A DNA stretch of 64,000 bases from Antedon mediterranea (Eukaryota > Animalia > Echinodermata). The position numbers and the translations under genes are program-made. Positions 1 through 12,264 of this stretch are shown here, in pieces (the stretch's first letter is position 1; each line of letters opens with the position of its first letter). A model generated the notes under the pieces. It was not told the DNA's origin and ran no database searches. It was given only the letters and a program-made list of their open reading frames with translations. Location: the NCBI RefSeq assembly GCF_964355755.1, contig NC_092674.1, positions 23,622,001 to 23,686,000 on the forward strand, read 5' to 3'.

Positions 1-374
1 TCATGTAACACTTGTTCTACTGCAGAAACTACATTTAGTTAACTCTTTGCAAAAGTACACAGTTTATTGCACTTATTTCAGCAAACAAAGTTACTGCAGT
101 AACTGCAGTATAATTTTAAAAAAGATCCCGAACCTCAAATTAATTAGTTAATTAATGAGTTTACTATTGATGTAATAATAATACGCGTACATCATCTTGG
201 AAATTAAAGCTAAACAATAATATCTTAAAATTAATGTAATTGTGTCTCCATTGATTCTATTAGGTCTAATTAATAACATTGCATATGTTGCTTCACATTC
301 AATCATATTATATTAATTAATAACCGTAGTACAGTTATCCAGTGAAGATTACACGATTGTTGTTTTCGTAGAAT

Positions 375-480
375 TGCTAGTAATGATGCAGTAAGCATAG
401 CTAATGATGCAGTGGGCCTAGCAATGTAGGCCTAGCAATGACGCAATAGGCCTAGTAATGATGCGGTAGGCCTAGCAATC
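375..480 (+). repeat. ~20 bp degenerate tandem repeat
   Basis: GCCTAG(C/T)AATGATGCAGTAG-like unit, about 5 copies. Confidence 0.7.
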
Positions 481-535
481 AGCTTTACGTTGGTATTATA
501 TTCATATATTTATTTCTAAAAATAAATTATAAGTT

Positions 536-695
536 ACAGTAGAAACTCTATTAAGAGGATCTCTTGAAAGTATTGGGGTGTCCCTTGAATAGGGGTTGTT
601 CGCATACATTTCCCCTTGTTAATTTCACATGCTTTTGTCCCCTTAATAGAGGTGTCCCCCAAATATTAGTGTCCCAAAGAAGGAGTTCTACTGTT
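536..695. mobile_element. Tc1/mariner-pogo-like MITE
   Basis: TA-CAGTAGAAACTC...GAGTTCTACTG ends with internal GTGTCCC(C/T)TTAATAG repeats. Confidence 0.55.
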
Positions 696-953
696 CAATT
701 ATAGTTTGAAGTGATATTACAATTGACTATTATTGAAATATAAGTGTTGTGTGATCGAATGATCCGAAAAGTCAAGATTCAGAAAAACATTATCCCTCCG
801 GATTTCATGTGGTTATTTTGAATTAAGATAAATGTCATTCTGAGCAAAACATTTACACAATAATCAACGTAAGTTACAATTGAATTTTAGTACTGTGAAC
901 AGTTTTGTTACTTCGACAAGTTTTCGTTACATTTATTATTGTTGTAAACTTAC

Positions 954-1106
954 TTAAGCTCTGTCTACACTGTATGTGACAAATAAATGTGATGTGATAT
1001 ATGGACATAATGATGTCATATCACTACCATATTTAGGCATATCGTCGCCATATTTTGGGAACACTTTTTCTTGTTAAACTAGTTTGATAGTGTAGACAAA
1101 GCTTTA
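954..1106. mobile_element. PIF/Harbinger-like MITE family 1 (also 7489-7628, 28956-29107)
   Basis: TIR AGCTCTGTCTACACT...AGTGTAGACA(A/G)AGCT with TAA/TTA flanks and shared internal GATGTCATATCACTACCATATTT. Confidence 0.7.
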
Positions 1107-1240
1107 AAGAGTTAACAAAATCGAACAAAGTATGGCAGATTAGTTGTAGGCCTATATGTAACATCAATAGACTGTTACCATGACCAAGGTGTCTGTAATT
1201 ATTATGTACACTTTTCATTTAATTTCACTTTAATAATAAC

Positions 1241-2124
1241 TTAAAGATGTATTGTCCGTCAAAAACCTGAAAAATAAAGATTAATAAAATCGTACTTTGT
1301 ATAGGCCATTTTGCAGTTTCAATTAAGTTATTCACTTCTGTAGAAAAAAAAATCTAACAAAAACACATTTCACTTATAAAAAGACAAAAGAAACGGTTAA
1401 TTTTAACCAAACAAGGTCAACAGCCATAAGTCGCGTGCTAAAACGCATAGTGATACCGGACCGACAGACAGACCGACAGACATAGTGAACTATAGAGTCG
1501 CGTCCACGCGACTAAAAACATGACGGACGATTTAGAAATGTTTTGCTTTAACTTACATTCTTTCAGGAAAATCCGATCCAGTTTTTGGTAAAAGTGAATA
1601 ATATAATTATATGGCATTAAAACGACATATTCAATTTTTTGGGGGAACAATATATCTTAAAATAAAGTAATGAATAGACTTTTCAAAACAAAAAATATGA
1701 AATTTAAATAATATTACGAAATTAGGAACTCCAAAAACAACAACAGACAGATAATATCCAAATATGTAAATAATAAAGAAGTTTACAAAGAACCTTCAAA
1801 CAATAATAGTTTTAATTTACGTTTAAATAAAAAAAAAACAGTTACGTGATTCCAGAGTGTAAGTCCAACTATAGTTTGTTTTCAAGGATGATTGTTCTTA
1901 TGTTAAGCAGCAAGACCACCATTTTCAATATTTAGCTGAAAAAACTGTAATTTTAAGCAAAATGAATAGTTAAATTGGCTGCCCGCTGTTAATTTAACCG
2001 TTTATTTTGTACTTTTTGTTGTTTTTTCCTACGGAAATGATTAACTTGATTAAAGCTACAAAATGGCCTATTCAAAGTCTGATTTTATTATTTTTCATGT
2101 TTTTGGGAGACAATACATCTTTAA
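1241..2124. mobile_element. TTAA-flanked non-autonomous TIR element (Kolobok-like) with a nested HINE
   Basis: TIRs TTAA-AGATGTATTGTC...GACAATACATCT-TTAA with long subterminal inverted similarity. Family members at 22127-22451, ~49209 (left end) and ~13300-13505 (right end). Confidence 0.7.
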
Positions 2125-2997
2125 TGAATAAATATACCACCTCTGGCGTGGTTCTAACCACTTAGCATTTAGCAATGGTATTCCGAAAATCTTTGACAAT
2201 GTATGTATAGTTAGTGACATAACGCTATATCGGGAGACAATAAACTATGCCCCGTAGTTAAGTTTTTTTTCTTGAGACGTTTCCTCGCAGAAATTTCTCC
2301 ACAAAGGAGGAACGTCCGCACTCGTTTTGACGTAATAATAGAAATAGGCCTAATACTTCTAGAAATACACTGTAATAGCTTTAAATGTCAACATCGTGTA
2401 AATAGATTAGATGTATAAGTCTATTTTATGAAACTTTAAATTCTTACTTACTGACATATTGCATTATTTACATCCGCTTTTATTAGGCCTAATCTGAATT
2501 ACATTTAGATGTTTGATTTATTGTTTAAGAGTGATAAAACTGTAAAACATTCAAACATATAGGGAAAATAATATTTTACATGATTTGAGACAAATGAGCT
2601 TTTGATTAGCGGACGATTTATAACTACGGTAGGAACAAGTAAAGCAATATCATTTCATTGTGCGCATTCGCGGAAATTTTTCGTTTTGTTCCTCGTTTTA
2701 TTCCTTTACATAGTGTATGGGTTTAACCACCAATATCATACACCTAGCGTATTTAGATCAAATTGAGTGCACATTTCAGTTAAAAAGTGGCGGCCATGTT
2801 TTTAAAAATGGCTGCCATTTGTTTAGAAGAAACAATTGTCAATAGGGCCTAATGTCGTCAGCAGATGGGTTAGTATAAGGATAAGGATATCTGGCCGGCT
2901 ATATTAACTGCTTCTAACATTTCATTTCCCTCTAAGCATCTTTACCCGTTAAAAAAAACCCAAAACATCCCTTAACGTTTCTTTACTTTCATTTCAG

Positions 2998-3813
2998 GGC
3001 AACTTCTTTGGCGGGTTAGACGACTTTACGCAAAGAGCCGAATCGTTGGTGGACGTTGTGAAAAACAACCAACCGATGAACATTAAGCAAGATATGTACC
3101 CGACACACATGAACGGAAGCATGCCTCCTCCTTTCTCTACCTCATACACAACCAGAGGAATTCACTCCTCTGTGGAACACAATGACCTTCTCGATCAAAT
3201 TTCGCTGACGAACAGTTTAGCAGAGATGCAGAACCCAATGCTGGCGCATCAACAGTATTCACAAATCCCCAATAATGGACATATGAACTCTAGCACCCAT
3301 GTGATGCTATCCCACGGAATGGGGATGCATGATTTAGACACCGACCCCCGGGAACTTGAAGCCTTCGCTGAACGATTTAAACAAAGGCGGATCAAGCTTG
3401 GTGTGACGCAAGCCGACGTTGGACGAGCCCTGGCAAACTTAAAACTCCCTGGAGTTGGAGCCCTTAGCCAAAGTACCATTTGTCGCTTTGAGTCGCTCAC
3501 GTTAAGTCATAACAACATGATAGCACTTAAGCCTGTACTAGCCGAATGGTTAGATCAAGCAGAAGCAACGGCTAAAGCGAAGCGCGAAAATCCCCTGATG
3601 GCAAACGGTGACAAAAAGCGAAAACGCACAAGTATAGCAGCTCCAGAAAAACGGTCGTTAGAGGCGTACTTTACCGTACAGCCTCGTCCGTCCAGCGAAA
3701 AAATCGCCGCAATTGCCGAGAAGTTAGAACTTAGGAAAAACGTTGTACGAGTATGGTTTTGTAATCAGAGACAAAAGCAAAAACGAATGAAATACTCGGC
3801 TCAGGGTAGATGA
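2998..3813 (+). CDS. POU4: POU domain class 4 (Brn3/unc-86/acj6-type) transcription factor, terminal coding exon; upstream exon(s) not found in window
   Basis: Polypyrimidine tract plus AG at 2996-2997, then in-frame GNFFGGLDDFTQRAESL (POU-IV box-like). POU-specific domain DPRELEAFAERFKQRRIKLGVTQADVG...CRFESLTLSHNNMIALKP and homeodomain KKRKRTSIAAPEKRSLEAYF...VRVWFCNQRQKQKRMK are diagnostic for class IV. Stop TGA at 3811-3813. Confidence 0.97.
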   Translation, partial: GNFFGGLDDFTQRAESLVDVVKNNQPMNIKQDMYPTHMNGSMPPPFSTSYTTRGIHSSVEHNDLLDQISLTNSLAEMQNPMLAHQQYSQIPNNGHMNSSTHVMLSHGMGMHDLDTDPRELEAFAERFKQRRIKLGVTQADVGRALANLKLPGVGALSQSTICRFESLTLSHNNMIALKPVLAEWLDQAEATAKAKRENPLMANGDKKRKRTSIAAPEKRSLEAYFTVQPRPSSEKIAAIAEKLELRKNVVRVWFCNQRQKQKRMKYSAQGR

Positions 3814-6397
3814 ACATTGTAATTATTTTATTTTTGAACCATTTTGTTTGTTACTTATCACCTATCCACCGCATGTGAGTTATTCTCAAACGAACAAGTT
3901 CATTTACGAGCAAAACAAAAACGCAAAATAAATGCAGTACTGTGTATATTTATTTAATTACTGATGATTTGTGTGTTTTATACATGCATTTAATAAGGGA
4001 TTGTTACTGAACGGTAGCACAAGAAAGTAACCCAATGTGAAGAAGTACTTGTAGGAACTAGATCATATCAATTACCAGTGTTGGTGCGATGAGTCCACAC
4101 AGCGATAATGTAGTAGGCCTACACATACGCGATGTATATATACGTGGCGTAAGCTTCTGTGCGTGGACAGGGCAGTTCTTGGCGTTGTAATACTCAATAA
4201 AGAAAATCGTTTTAAACGAATTCTTTCGAAAAGCTACGATCAATTTTCAGCAGAAGCACTGCAAGAGTCGGGCTATGCTAAAAACTCATTCCATTGAACA
4301 TTACAATAACAAACGCGATCTTTGTTTCGAACAAAACACCTTTACTAGAGAAATTGAATGCAACACAGAAATCGAAGACTACGTCAAAAGCTACTTCGAT
4401 AGAATTGACTACTTTGTGTTTGGCAGTCAATGAAGCACCTTTAAATCGATGAAAGTTGCGCATCGACATGCGCAGTAAATTCGGTTCAACAGATGAATTA
4501 GAACCCCGACTCAAGATCAAAACGGCGGATTTAATTGAGCTACCAACAAGTCTACTTTTAACTTATTTAATATCATCAGACTATTATTTAATTAGAAATA
4601 CCTAGCCGGACTAGACATATGTACAGTTGTATTTGTTTCTACACAAAACCTCTTTAGAATAAGTCAATTAATTTGTAAATTGTTTGTTATTGTTTGAAAT
4701 ATATATTTTGAAATATGATTAAAAATGAATTATTTTGTATTTTATGTTAATATTTCCCTTATTTATGTCACATAAATTGTATATTATTCTTTTAAATGCT
4801 GAAATTTTAGATAAAGATTATACGCGTAAGGTGCACTTATTTAAACGCGCTTTGTTGTTTGTAGTTTCTTTGTTTCAACAACTGTGTTATTTATAATTGT
4901 TCATAGTGTTTATATTTAATTATCATGGCATCAAACTGACATTAAAAAAGCAATTTCTAGTTTAAAAATTCCACTGTATAATTTATATTATCTTTCTTTT
5001 ATTTTATATTATTTAATTTTAAATAACCCACTCATTTTCCGACAGCCGACAATCTAACTTTGAAGTTGTTCAAACCTTCTCATAGTGCAAGAAGATAGGC
5101 ATAATACATTACTTTATATAATTTTCCCTCTTAGAATCACCTTAAATTATCATATTTATGAGTCGATTTTATGATATTTTTTCTTTTATTTCGGTATCAC
5201 AATTTTTCAACAGTTTTCGGAATCTTATCTACGTATATGAAATTACATCTAATCGTTACAAATATAAATGCATATCTTTTAATATCAACAATTTCTATGG
5301 CATTCAAAAACAAAATCGTCTATTCCCGTGTGCCCATTTCAATATAAGTGCATATAATTCGAATATTCCAAGGTTTTCTAATAAATAAATCTAATTAAGA
5401 GTAGATTTGGTTAATTGATTCAGGGAATGACAATTTTATAAACCCATTCTTATGATTCTGTTTTTTAATAACATAAAGTTTAATTGTTGGACCGTTACAT
5501 TCCTATCCTGATATTCCATTCCGATAGTTATACATATTGGTATAACTTTTTGTTTGTATTATTGTAAACAATATATGATTTGTAATGTAAAAGATTGACA
5601 TTTCTTCATTAGAAATGTATGTTTATGCTTAATAATCATCACCCGATTCTCGCACGGTATTATGTCATCAATAGAGCCCAACTAACTGCTGAACAGTTCA
5701 AATGAACCGCCTTGAATTTAAGTAAAAACATTAGATTACTCTAAAGAATTTTCATTATGTTATAATTGTATTATAGTTTAGAAGGAGGGGAAGATGTATC
5801 TAGCATTCTCGAACACACTGTTTCTAGTCTTACATGACTATAATTTATTCTAGTCTATTTAGAAACTGTGAAATCTACGATTGACTTCTTCATTGGAGCG
5901 TAGCCTAAGTTCCCGTGGGAGCAGAGCATAGGATAGAATTGATGTCACCTTCGTTCCTTGTTAATAATAAAACCTCCACGCTAGGCCTATCCACTCGTTC
6001 ATTTCATAATTCTCTGAAACAAAATAAGAATAATTAATTGGTACTTATGTAGAAATGAGGTGAGTATGTATATCTGAGTGATACAAGTCAGGAGAATTTT
6101 ATCCTTTTATCATTTCGAATTTGGAATTTATTTCTCTTCTGAGAATACAAACATTAAATTGGTTTATGAAATATTAACGAGGTTTAACCGTATACAAACA
6201 GGTCTTTGGGACTACTTACGGCTCTATTATCGTGATTTGAAATATTTGGGTAAATGTTTATATTGTTAACATCTTCGTTAAACGTGCATTCTCCAAACCC
6301 TAAGATATAAATTATATTTTTCACACAAATTTATATGTAATACATTCATTTAATTTTCAACTTGATATTGTTAAAACGTTAATTTCCTTTCATGTGT

Positions 6398-6537
6398 AAG
6401 CTTGGTTCACACATTAGAGTCGCAAGCGAAGATGTAAGCACAAGCGATGAACTATTTAAACAGCCACTTGTTATTGGTCATTTCACTTGCGTTGTGTCTT
6501 CGTCCTTGCGTTGCGTCTCTAGTGGGAACCAAGCTTT
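6398..6537. mobile_element. PIF/Harbinger-like MITE family 2 (also 9071-9205)
   Basis: TIR AAGCTTGGTTC(C/A)CAC...GTGGGAACCAAGC. Confidence 0.65.
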
Positions 6538-7372
6538 GATTTGGTCATTTCTGTGTTTTGGTTATAAATTAGAACCTTAACCGTAAACGAAACATTCCAT
6601 TAAAGTAAATCTTAAAATATTTTGAAAAAGTTTTGTGGAAAAATAGAAAGTAAAACATTTGGAAAAAAATTTACCAAAATGTTACTGAATTTGAAAGAAT
6701 ACGAATCCTAATCGTTATAAATTTCACAAAAGAATTTTGTCGATGCTTTTAATTTAGCACCATTTTGTGTAATAAATTTACAGACTGTCCTAGTAAAATG
6801 TACTATTTCGTATGAGGCAACCTTCAGAAATGAAAATATTCATAACGTTAGTCGTTTATTATTGATTATTTGAAATGGTACTCTATGAATATTGAACAGG
6901 TTTAGGAATCTGACTTATCAAATTAGCGTATAGTCGCAGAAGCCTAGTAGTTGTAGGACACCGAATGATTAGGATTCTCCTGGACCACAACATGAAAATT
7001 CAAAGATTATTATTCTCTTGTTTATATTAAAAGTGTCCATATCCAGTTTAAAACTTGTAACAATTTCTAAAAACATTACATTCAAGCCTTGGAACTTGCA
7101 GAGGATGTTGTCTACGAATCTAAAATGTCGGCTATTATGTTGGAAAATCACAAGTACTTCTTTTCCAGAAAAATGCTATTAGTTTGAAGTTAATTATACA
7201 TGATTATTATTAATTGTTATGATATTTTGTAAACTTAATCTGGGAAGATTACTAATCTAATCTTCCTTCGTTCAATCGAATCATTTTATGCATTACATTT
7301 GTATTGCGGTGTTTTATGTTAACGCATGGACAGTGTAGGCTAGAAATTAAAAAGTCACCATTGTTCTTAAAT

Positions 7373-7482
7373 AACTTGACCGAGGACCATATTTTAACAA
7401 CGTATTAGGGATGTACATATGACTTCAAAATCATAATGTACATCCCTATATACGTTGTAAAAATATGGTCCTCGGTCAAGTT
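7373..7482. repeat. Near-perfect ~50 bp-arm inverted repeat
   Basis: AACTTGACCGAGGACCATATTTT.ACAACGTAT.TAGGGATGTACAT / ATGTACATCCCTA.ATACGTTGT.AAAATATGGTCCTCGGTCAAGTT. Confidence 0.85.
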
Positions 7483-9282
7483 GTCCTTTAAGCTCTGTTT
7501 GCAGTATCAACATTTATGTGACAAAAAATGGACAAGATGATGTCATATCACTAACGTATTTGGGCACATCACTACCATATTTGGGCACATCATACTTTTT
7601 TTAACTAGATAGTGTAAACAGAGCTTAAGAACAAATACAATCCTTCCATCAAAGATGTTTCTATATAATAGTAAGGCGTGTTACTATTTTGTACTTATTA
7701 AACAATGTGGTTCTGCACTATAATAATTACAAGACAAACTCTTAAAATGTATGCCCAAAGTTCTGAACAAAACGTTAGCACTTCTGTATCCACTGTTTTA
7801 TATATTATAGTTAATAGTACATATAAATGCGCAGGTTTCTCTGACAAATGTTATATTTTTTGTGCTTTCAAACGAAAGCAAACCGGATTATTGTGACATT
7901 AACAAAGTGTCACTTTGTTATGTTTAGCTATAAAATAAACTTGAGAACAAAATTGTATAAGTTGGTGTGTTGATTGTATCTGTTCTTTTCAGACTCCAGT
8001 AGTATAAAGTAGCGGATTCAGAAATTTAAAATAGAGGTCAAAGGATGCATGATGCGTATTTATTAGAAAATCGCAGATATTCGCTCTTGTAGTGAAAATG
8101 TGTTTTTTTTCTTTGCGAAACTTTAGATTCTCGCGAACAAATTCGTTGAGTGGAAGGCTTAACAACATCAGAATCGAATAATAAATGTTTATGAGTTGAA
8201 TATGGAGAATATTTTCAAGAATTAGCCTATACTGTTCTATTAAACGAGTGGGAGTTAACCTGGACAGGCAGCTAAGCCGTCAACGAATGAAAATATTTTT
8301 GCAATTACAATCAACAACATTTATTTATTCAATTCAACAAATACTATTATTTGCTTCATGAAAAATCTAATGTTGTAGGCCTACAACTTTTATTATTCCG
8401 ATGCTGCTATCTTGAATCTAATACTGAAGGCCAAGTCATGTAAAAAGAGGCGCTTGCATTTTCGCGTGAAATAGAGCCGATGAAACAGCGTACGTTACAG
8501 GCTGAATTTTGAGCCTACCGCGTCGAACAAAATTCTCAAATTACATACACAAACATGAGCGTGCAATAGTACCTCCAAACATTGAAATGGTAGAAATTCG
8601 ACACGTGTTTAATACAAAAACAATCAATCAAATGGCAGAGATATGTGTTGACATCCATGCAATAAATTGTAGCAATGAATATGAAATGTTTCTTTTATAT
8701 AAAAAACAAAGCAAAAACATGGAATGTACTAACCTATATTTAGCATTATTCGAACCTATTTCTGTACACATGGCTTGGGATGTTTACTACGTTTTGTATC
8801 GTCTGCTAGTCAGGCGCGTATCACACCTGCACGCCAAAACCTAATTTCCTATCCTATGTTTCTTGCTTATTCAATCGTAAATATTATTAGACTACATTCA
8901 CTTGGACTTACGGTCGGTAATCATAATTGCATATCTAAGATGTAGGCCTATTATACTGTTAAGCATGCATTGCAGCTTCATTACTAATAAAACAAACAGG
9001 CAAATAATTATTATTAATCTAATTTGGAATATTTAAAAAACAGATCATTTACAGGATTCAAGGTTTCCGTAAAGCTTGGTTCCCACTTTAGAGACGTAAC
9101 GCAAAGCAAGTTGACTAATATTAAGCGATTGTTGGAATAATCCATCGCATTTGATTGGTCAAATTACTTACGTTGCGTTACGTATCTGCATGGGAACCAA
9201 GCGTTATAATGTAAGATAAACAAAATGGTCTTAGAGCAAAATAAAAACTCTGGTATTGCGATTTCTATAACTCATATTATCT

Positions 9283-9420
9283 AAATCCAAAGGCAAATTA
9301 CTGAAAAAAATGAATGCTGTGAGTTTCAGTGGCTGGATCTCAATGGAGATACAAAAGTCGAAAGTAAAACAGCCAGAAAAGTTAGCAGAGCTTTCAGGCA
9401 ACACTAGCCCTTCATCAGTG
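9283..9420 (-). mobile_element. Penelope-like pseudo-LTR fragment carrying the hammerhead; second copy at 57852-58009
   Basis: A ~140 bp sequence (AAATCCAAAGGCAAATTACTG...CAGCCAGAAAAGTTAGCAGAGCTTTC.GGCAACACTAGCCCTTCAT) is repeated at 57852-58009, where it is flanked by TA repeats. Confidence 0.6.
9386..9420 (-). ncRNA. Minimal type I hammerhead ribozyme motif of Penelope-like element type
   Basis: Minus strand reads CA-CTGATGA-A-GGGC TAGTGTT GCCT-GAA-AGCT-C-TG: conserved core, stem II, palindromic AGCT in place of stem III, and short stem I CA/TG. Confidence 0.7.
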
Positions 9421-10362
9421 GAAGGGTTTTATTTTAGACTCATTATTATATAGCCTGTGATGGAAATGAATTTAATCAGAATTATATTTACCAGTGTAAA
9501 TGGATCGGATATATTTTTCACACGGTAATGTAGGCAGCTAGGCTTACACCATAATACATTGTTATATCTTAAGAAATGTTCTATGGTTCTATGTTACCTA
9601 CATGTTTACATACATAATATACTGATAATTTTGCTATATAAAATATGACGTCATATTAATTAGTGACGTCATCAATTCTGGCATTCGCCACGCTTGAATG
9701 CCTTTCTATGTTACCAGTTAACTATCTATGTCTTCATCTGCGTATGAATTCATCTATATGCATACGGATAATAGTGCTGAATTATGCATAGAATTGAATG
9801 CATGCGACACCTCACCACGAGCAGACCAATTTATAATGATCGTCAGTGCCTTGTTTCCTTCTCAAATATCAAGCAGTGCCCTGGTTTTTTGCTTCTATAC
9901 TTCAGGGGACGATACCAATATCGTTTCTTTACTCAGCAGATCACGTGAACTTATAAACGCGTTAATAAAACTTTCGTAAACAAAGGAATTTTTCATGACA
10001 CGTGTAGCGGGTTCATTTCCCTGTGGAATAGCTTAGGCCTACTCCTGTTGCGGGATCGTTGTGGAATTTCTGGAAGTGTGGTGTTCGGGTGAAGACGAAT
10101 GAACCGTATAAAAATAACGAAATAGGTCTGTTTACTTTGTAGTAAATGCCAATAAACTACTGTTAAAAACTCGAGTACAATTTGAGGGATGTTGCAATAT
10201 TTCTGCTACTTTATGCCGTCCAATCTGCGCACGCGCAAGTACAGTGTAAAGTAAGGACAACACGTGAAATTCATTAGACCCAGCAATGATTGTCTGCTAA
10301 CATACCGTACATACACATCGAGCCACCGCTACCAGCATCGAAAAACAATGTGAGCACGTATA

Positions 10363-10489
10363 AAGGCCAATTTATACCGGCGAGCGGTACCGGTACCGGT
10401 AACGGTATGCGGGAAACCGCGTAGCGTGTCCGACACAGAATGTATACTATCCGAGCAAGCGGTGTTCCGCTCAAGTGTAAATTGGCCTT
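10363..10489. mobile_element. Short Harbinger-like MITE
   Basis: TIR AAGGCCAATTTATAC...GAGCGG / CCGCTC...GTGTAAATTGGCCTT. Confidence 0.55.
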
Positions 10490-11289
10490 CTTTAACACTA
10501 TTCAGATGAAAACAGTGGAATAATTTAACAAAGTTGGTATGTTATAAAAACAATTAATTATTGTTTTATGCGTTATATCATGTTTCTCAAACTGATACTA
10601 TGCTTTTAAAGCCTATATTTATATCATCAGTTAATAAAAAAACAACATATTTTTCTAAGTTCTGTGTTTGATTTCAATTAGAACTGATAAAACGATCATC
10701 ACAGTGATAACCAGTTCAAGGGCGGGTGTAATTGCATTGTGACACACATTTTATTGTATTCTTTATAATTTCTATGCTCACTGAATTTGAACGAATTTGT
10801 TTAAATAAATGTATTTATTTATATCATTTACATTTTACCTACATGCGAAAAGTGTCAAACATTATTAAAAAGTTATATTTTCACTTATAACCTTTAGTTC
10901 CTCTTTTGGGAGGTTATCCAACTTTACCTCATAATTATTTTATCCATTGTTGTATACATTAAAATATTATTAATAATTCAATTTTATTATCTCGTATATT
11001 TTTCTTTATATACATTGTTCTTATCGTTATTTAAGCGAGTCTTTTTTCGGTCCGTGTCACTTTAAAATAAAAACAACCCGTTGAGCTGTATGGAGTACTT
11101 AAAATTGTTGTAAAAGTAGACACATTTAGACGTATGTCTAACATGAAATGCGGATGCCAATAACAATGTATACGGTTTCCAACGAGAAAATAAAAATTTT
11201 AGAAATTAAAAAACTATTTGTAAAATTCGTTTCATGTAGATATCTAATTAATTATTAAATGAATTAATAAGTTTATATTTACTATAAAA

Positions 11290-11784
11290 TACCGTATTTA
11301 TTCGAATAAACCCGCCCCACTTTGGATAAACGCCTCCCTAGAATAAACGATCACAACCACACCCCAACTTCCTTGAATAAACGCCTTTGGACATTTATTT
11401 ATTTCCTCGAATAAACGCCTTACTTTATGGATAAGACTACTGAATATTCATGTTTTTTTTGTGACGTTTCATGAGGGGTTCCCAACGTACGAAAAGAAAT
11501 ATCGCGCCACGCCACATGCATCAATATTTTACATTTGATTAGTAGTAGAATCATTGATTGACATGATCTACAATTTGCCACGCATTTTGATATGATATTT
11601 ACTGTATTTTATTACTTCTCGATATTAATTGTGTTAAATTGTTTTCGCATCTAGGAGGTATTTATTTGATTACACATTATGTTACCATATTACACCCAAC
11701 AAAAATAAACGCCTCCCCTGATGATACGCCTCCCTCGGATACACCCACCCGCTTTTCTGTAACCCTCCTGAATAAATACGGTAG
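11290..11784. mobile_element. Tc1/mariner-like MITE
   Basis: TA-CCGTATTTATTC...GAATAAATACGG-TA with internal ATAAACGCC repeats. Confidence 0.6.
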
Positions 11785-12264
11785 TATAGAAATATTTACA
11801 TATATAATTATATTTGTTATTATCTAACTATCTTGACCATCATCATTAGCATCGTCATCATCATTATCATCATCATCATTATCACCACAGGTCATGTTCA
11901 TATATCCCAGTGACTACTATTCATTAATCTTGTCTCTCCACCTTTTTTCTTGTTATCGTCGACCAGTTCTGATTAATCTAGAAAATTGTTACTTTAAAGT
12001 TTCCTAAACTAAAGTGAAAATGATTAATAATAGGTAAATGATGGTTCGAACAGGTCACTATTCCCTGGTTAAACATTTTTGTTGCGATAATTTTGTTTAA
12101 TGATGACTATTACTTTACTTGTCTTTTGAATGTATATTGTCCCTTACCATGCAATTCAGCAGATTTGCTGCCAATTGGTTTGTTTTTAATAAAGAAAGAA
12201 AGAAAGAAACATTGTATTGATATCATATTCTGTTTGATTATTGATTAATTCGTTTCCTAAAGTT

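Noticed and set aside
3811-3822. Stop-codon readthrough of POU4
   Set aside because: The context is TGA-A rather than TGA-CTAG, and an in-frame TAA follows two codons later.
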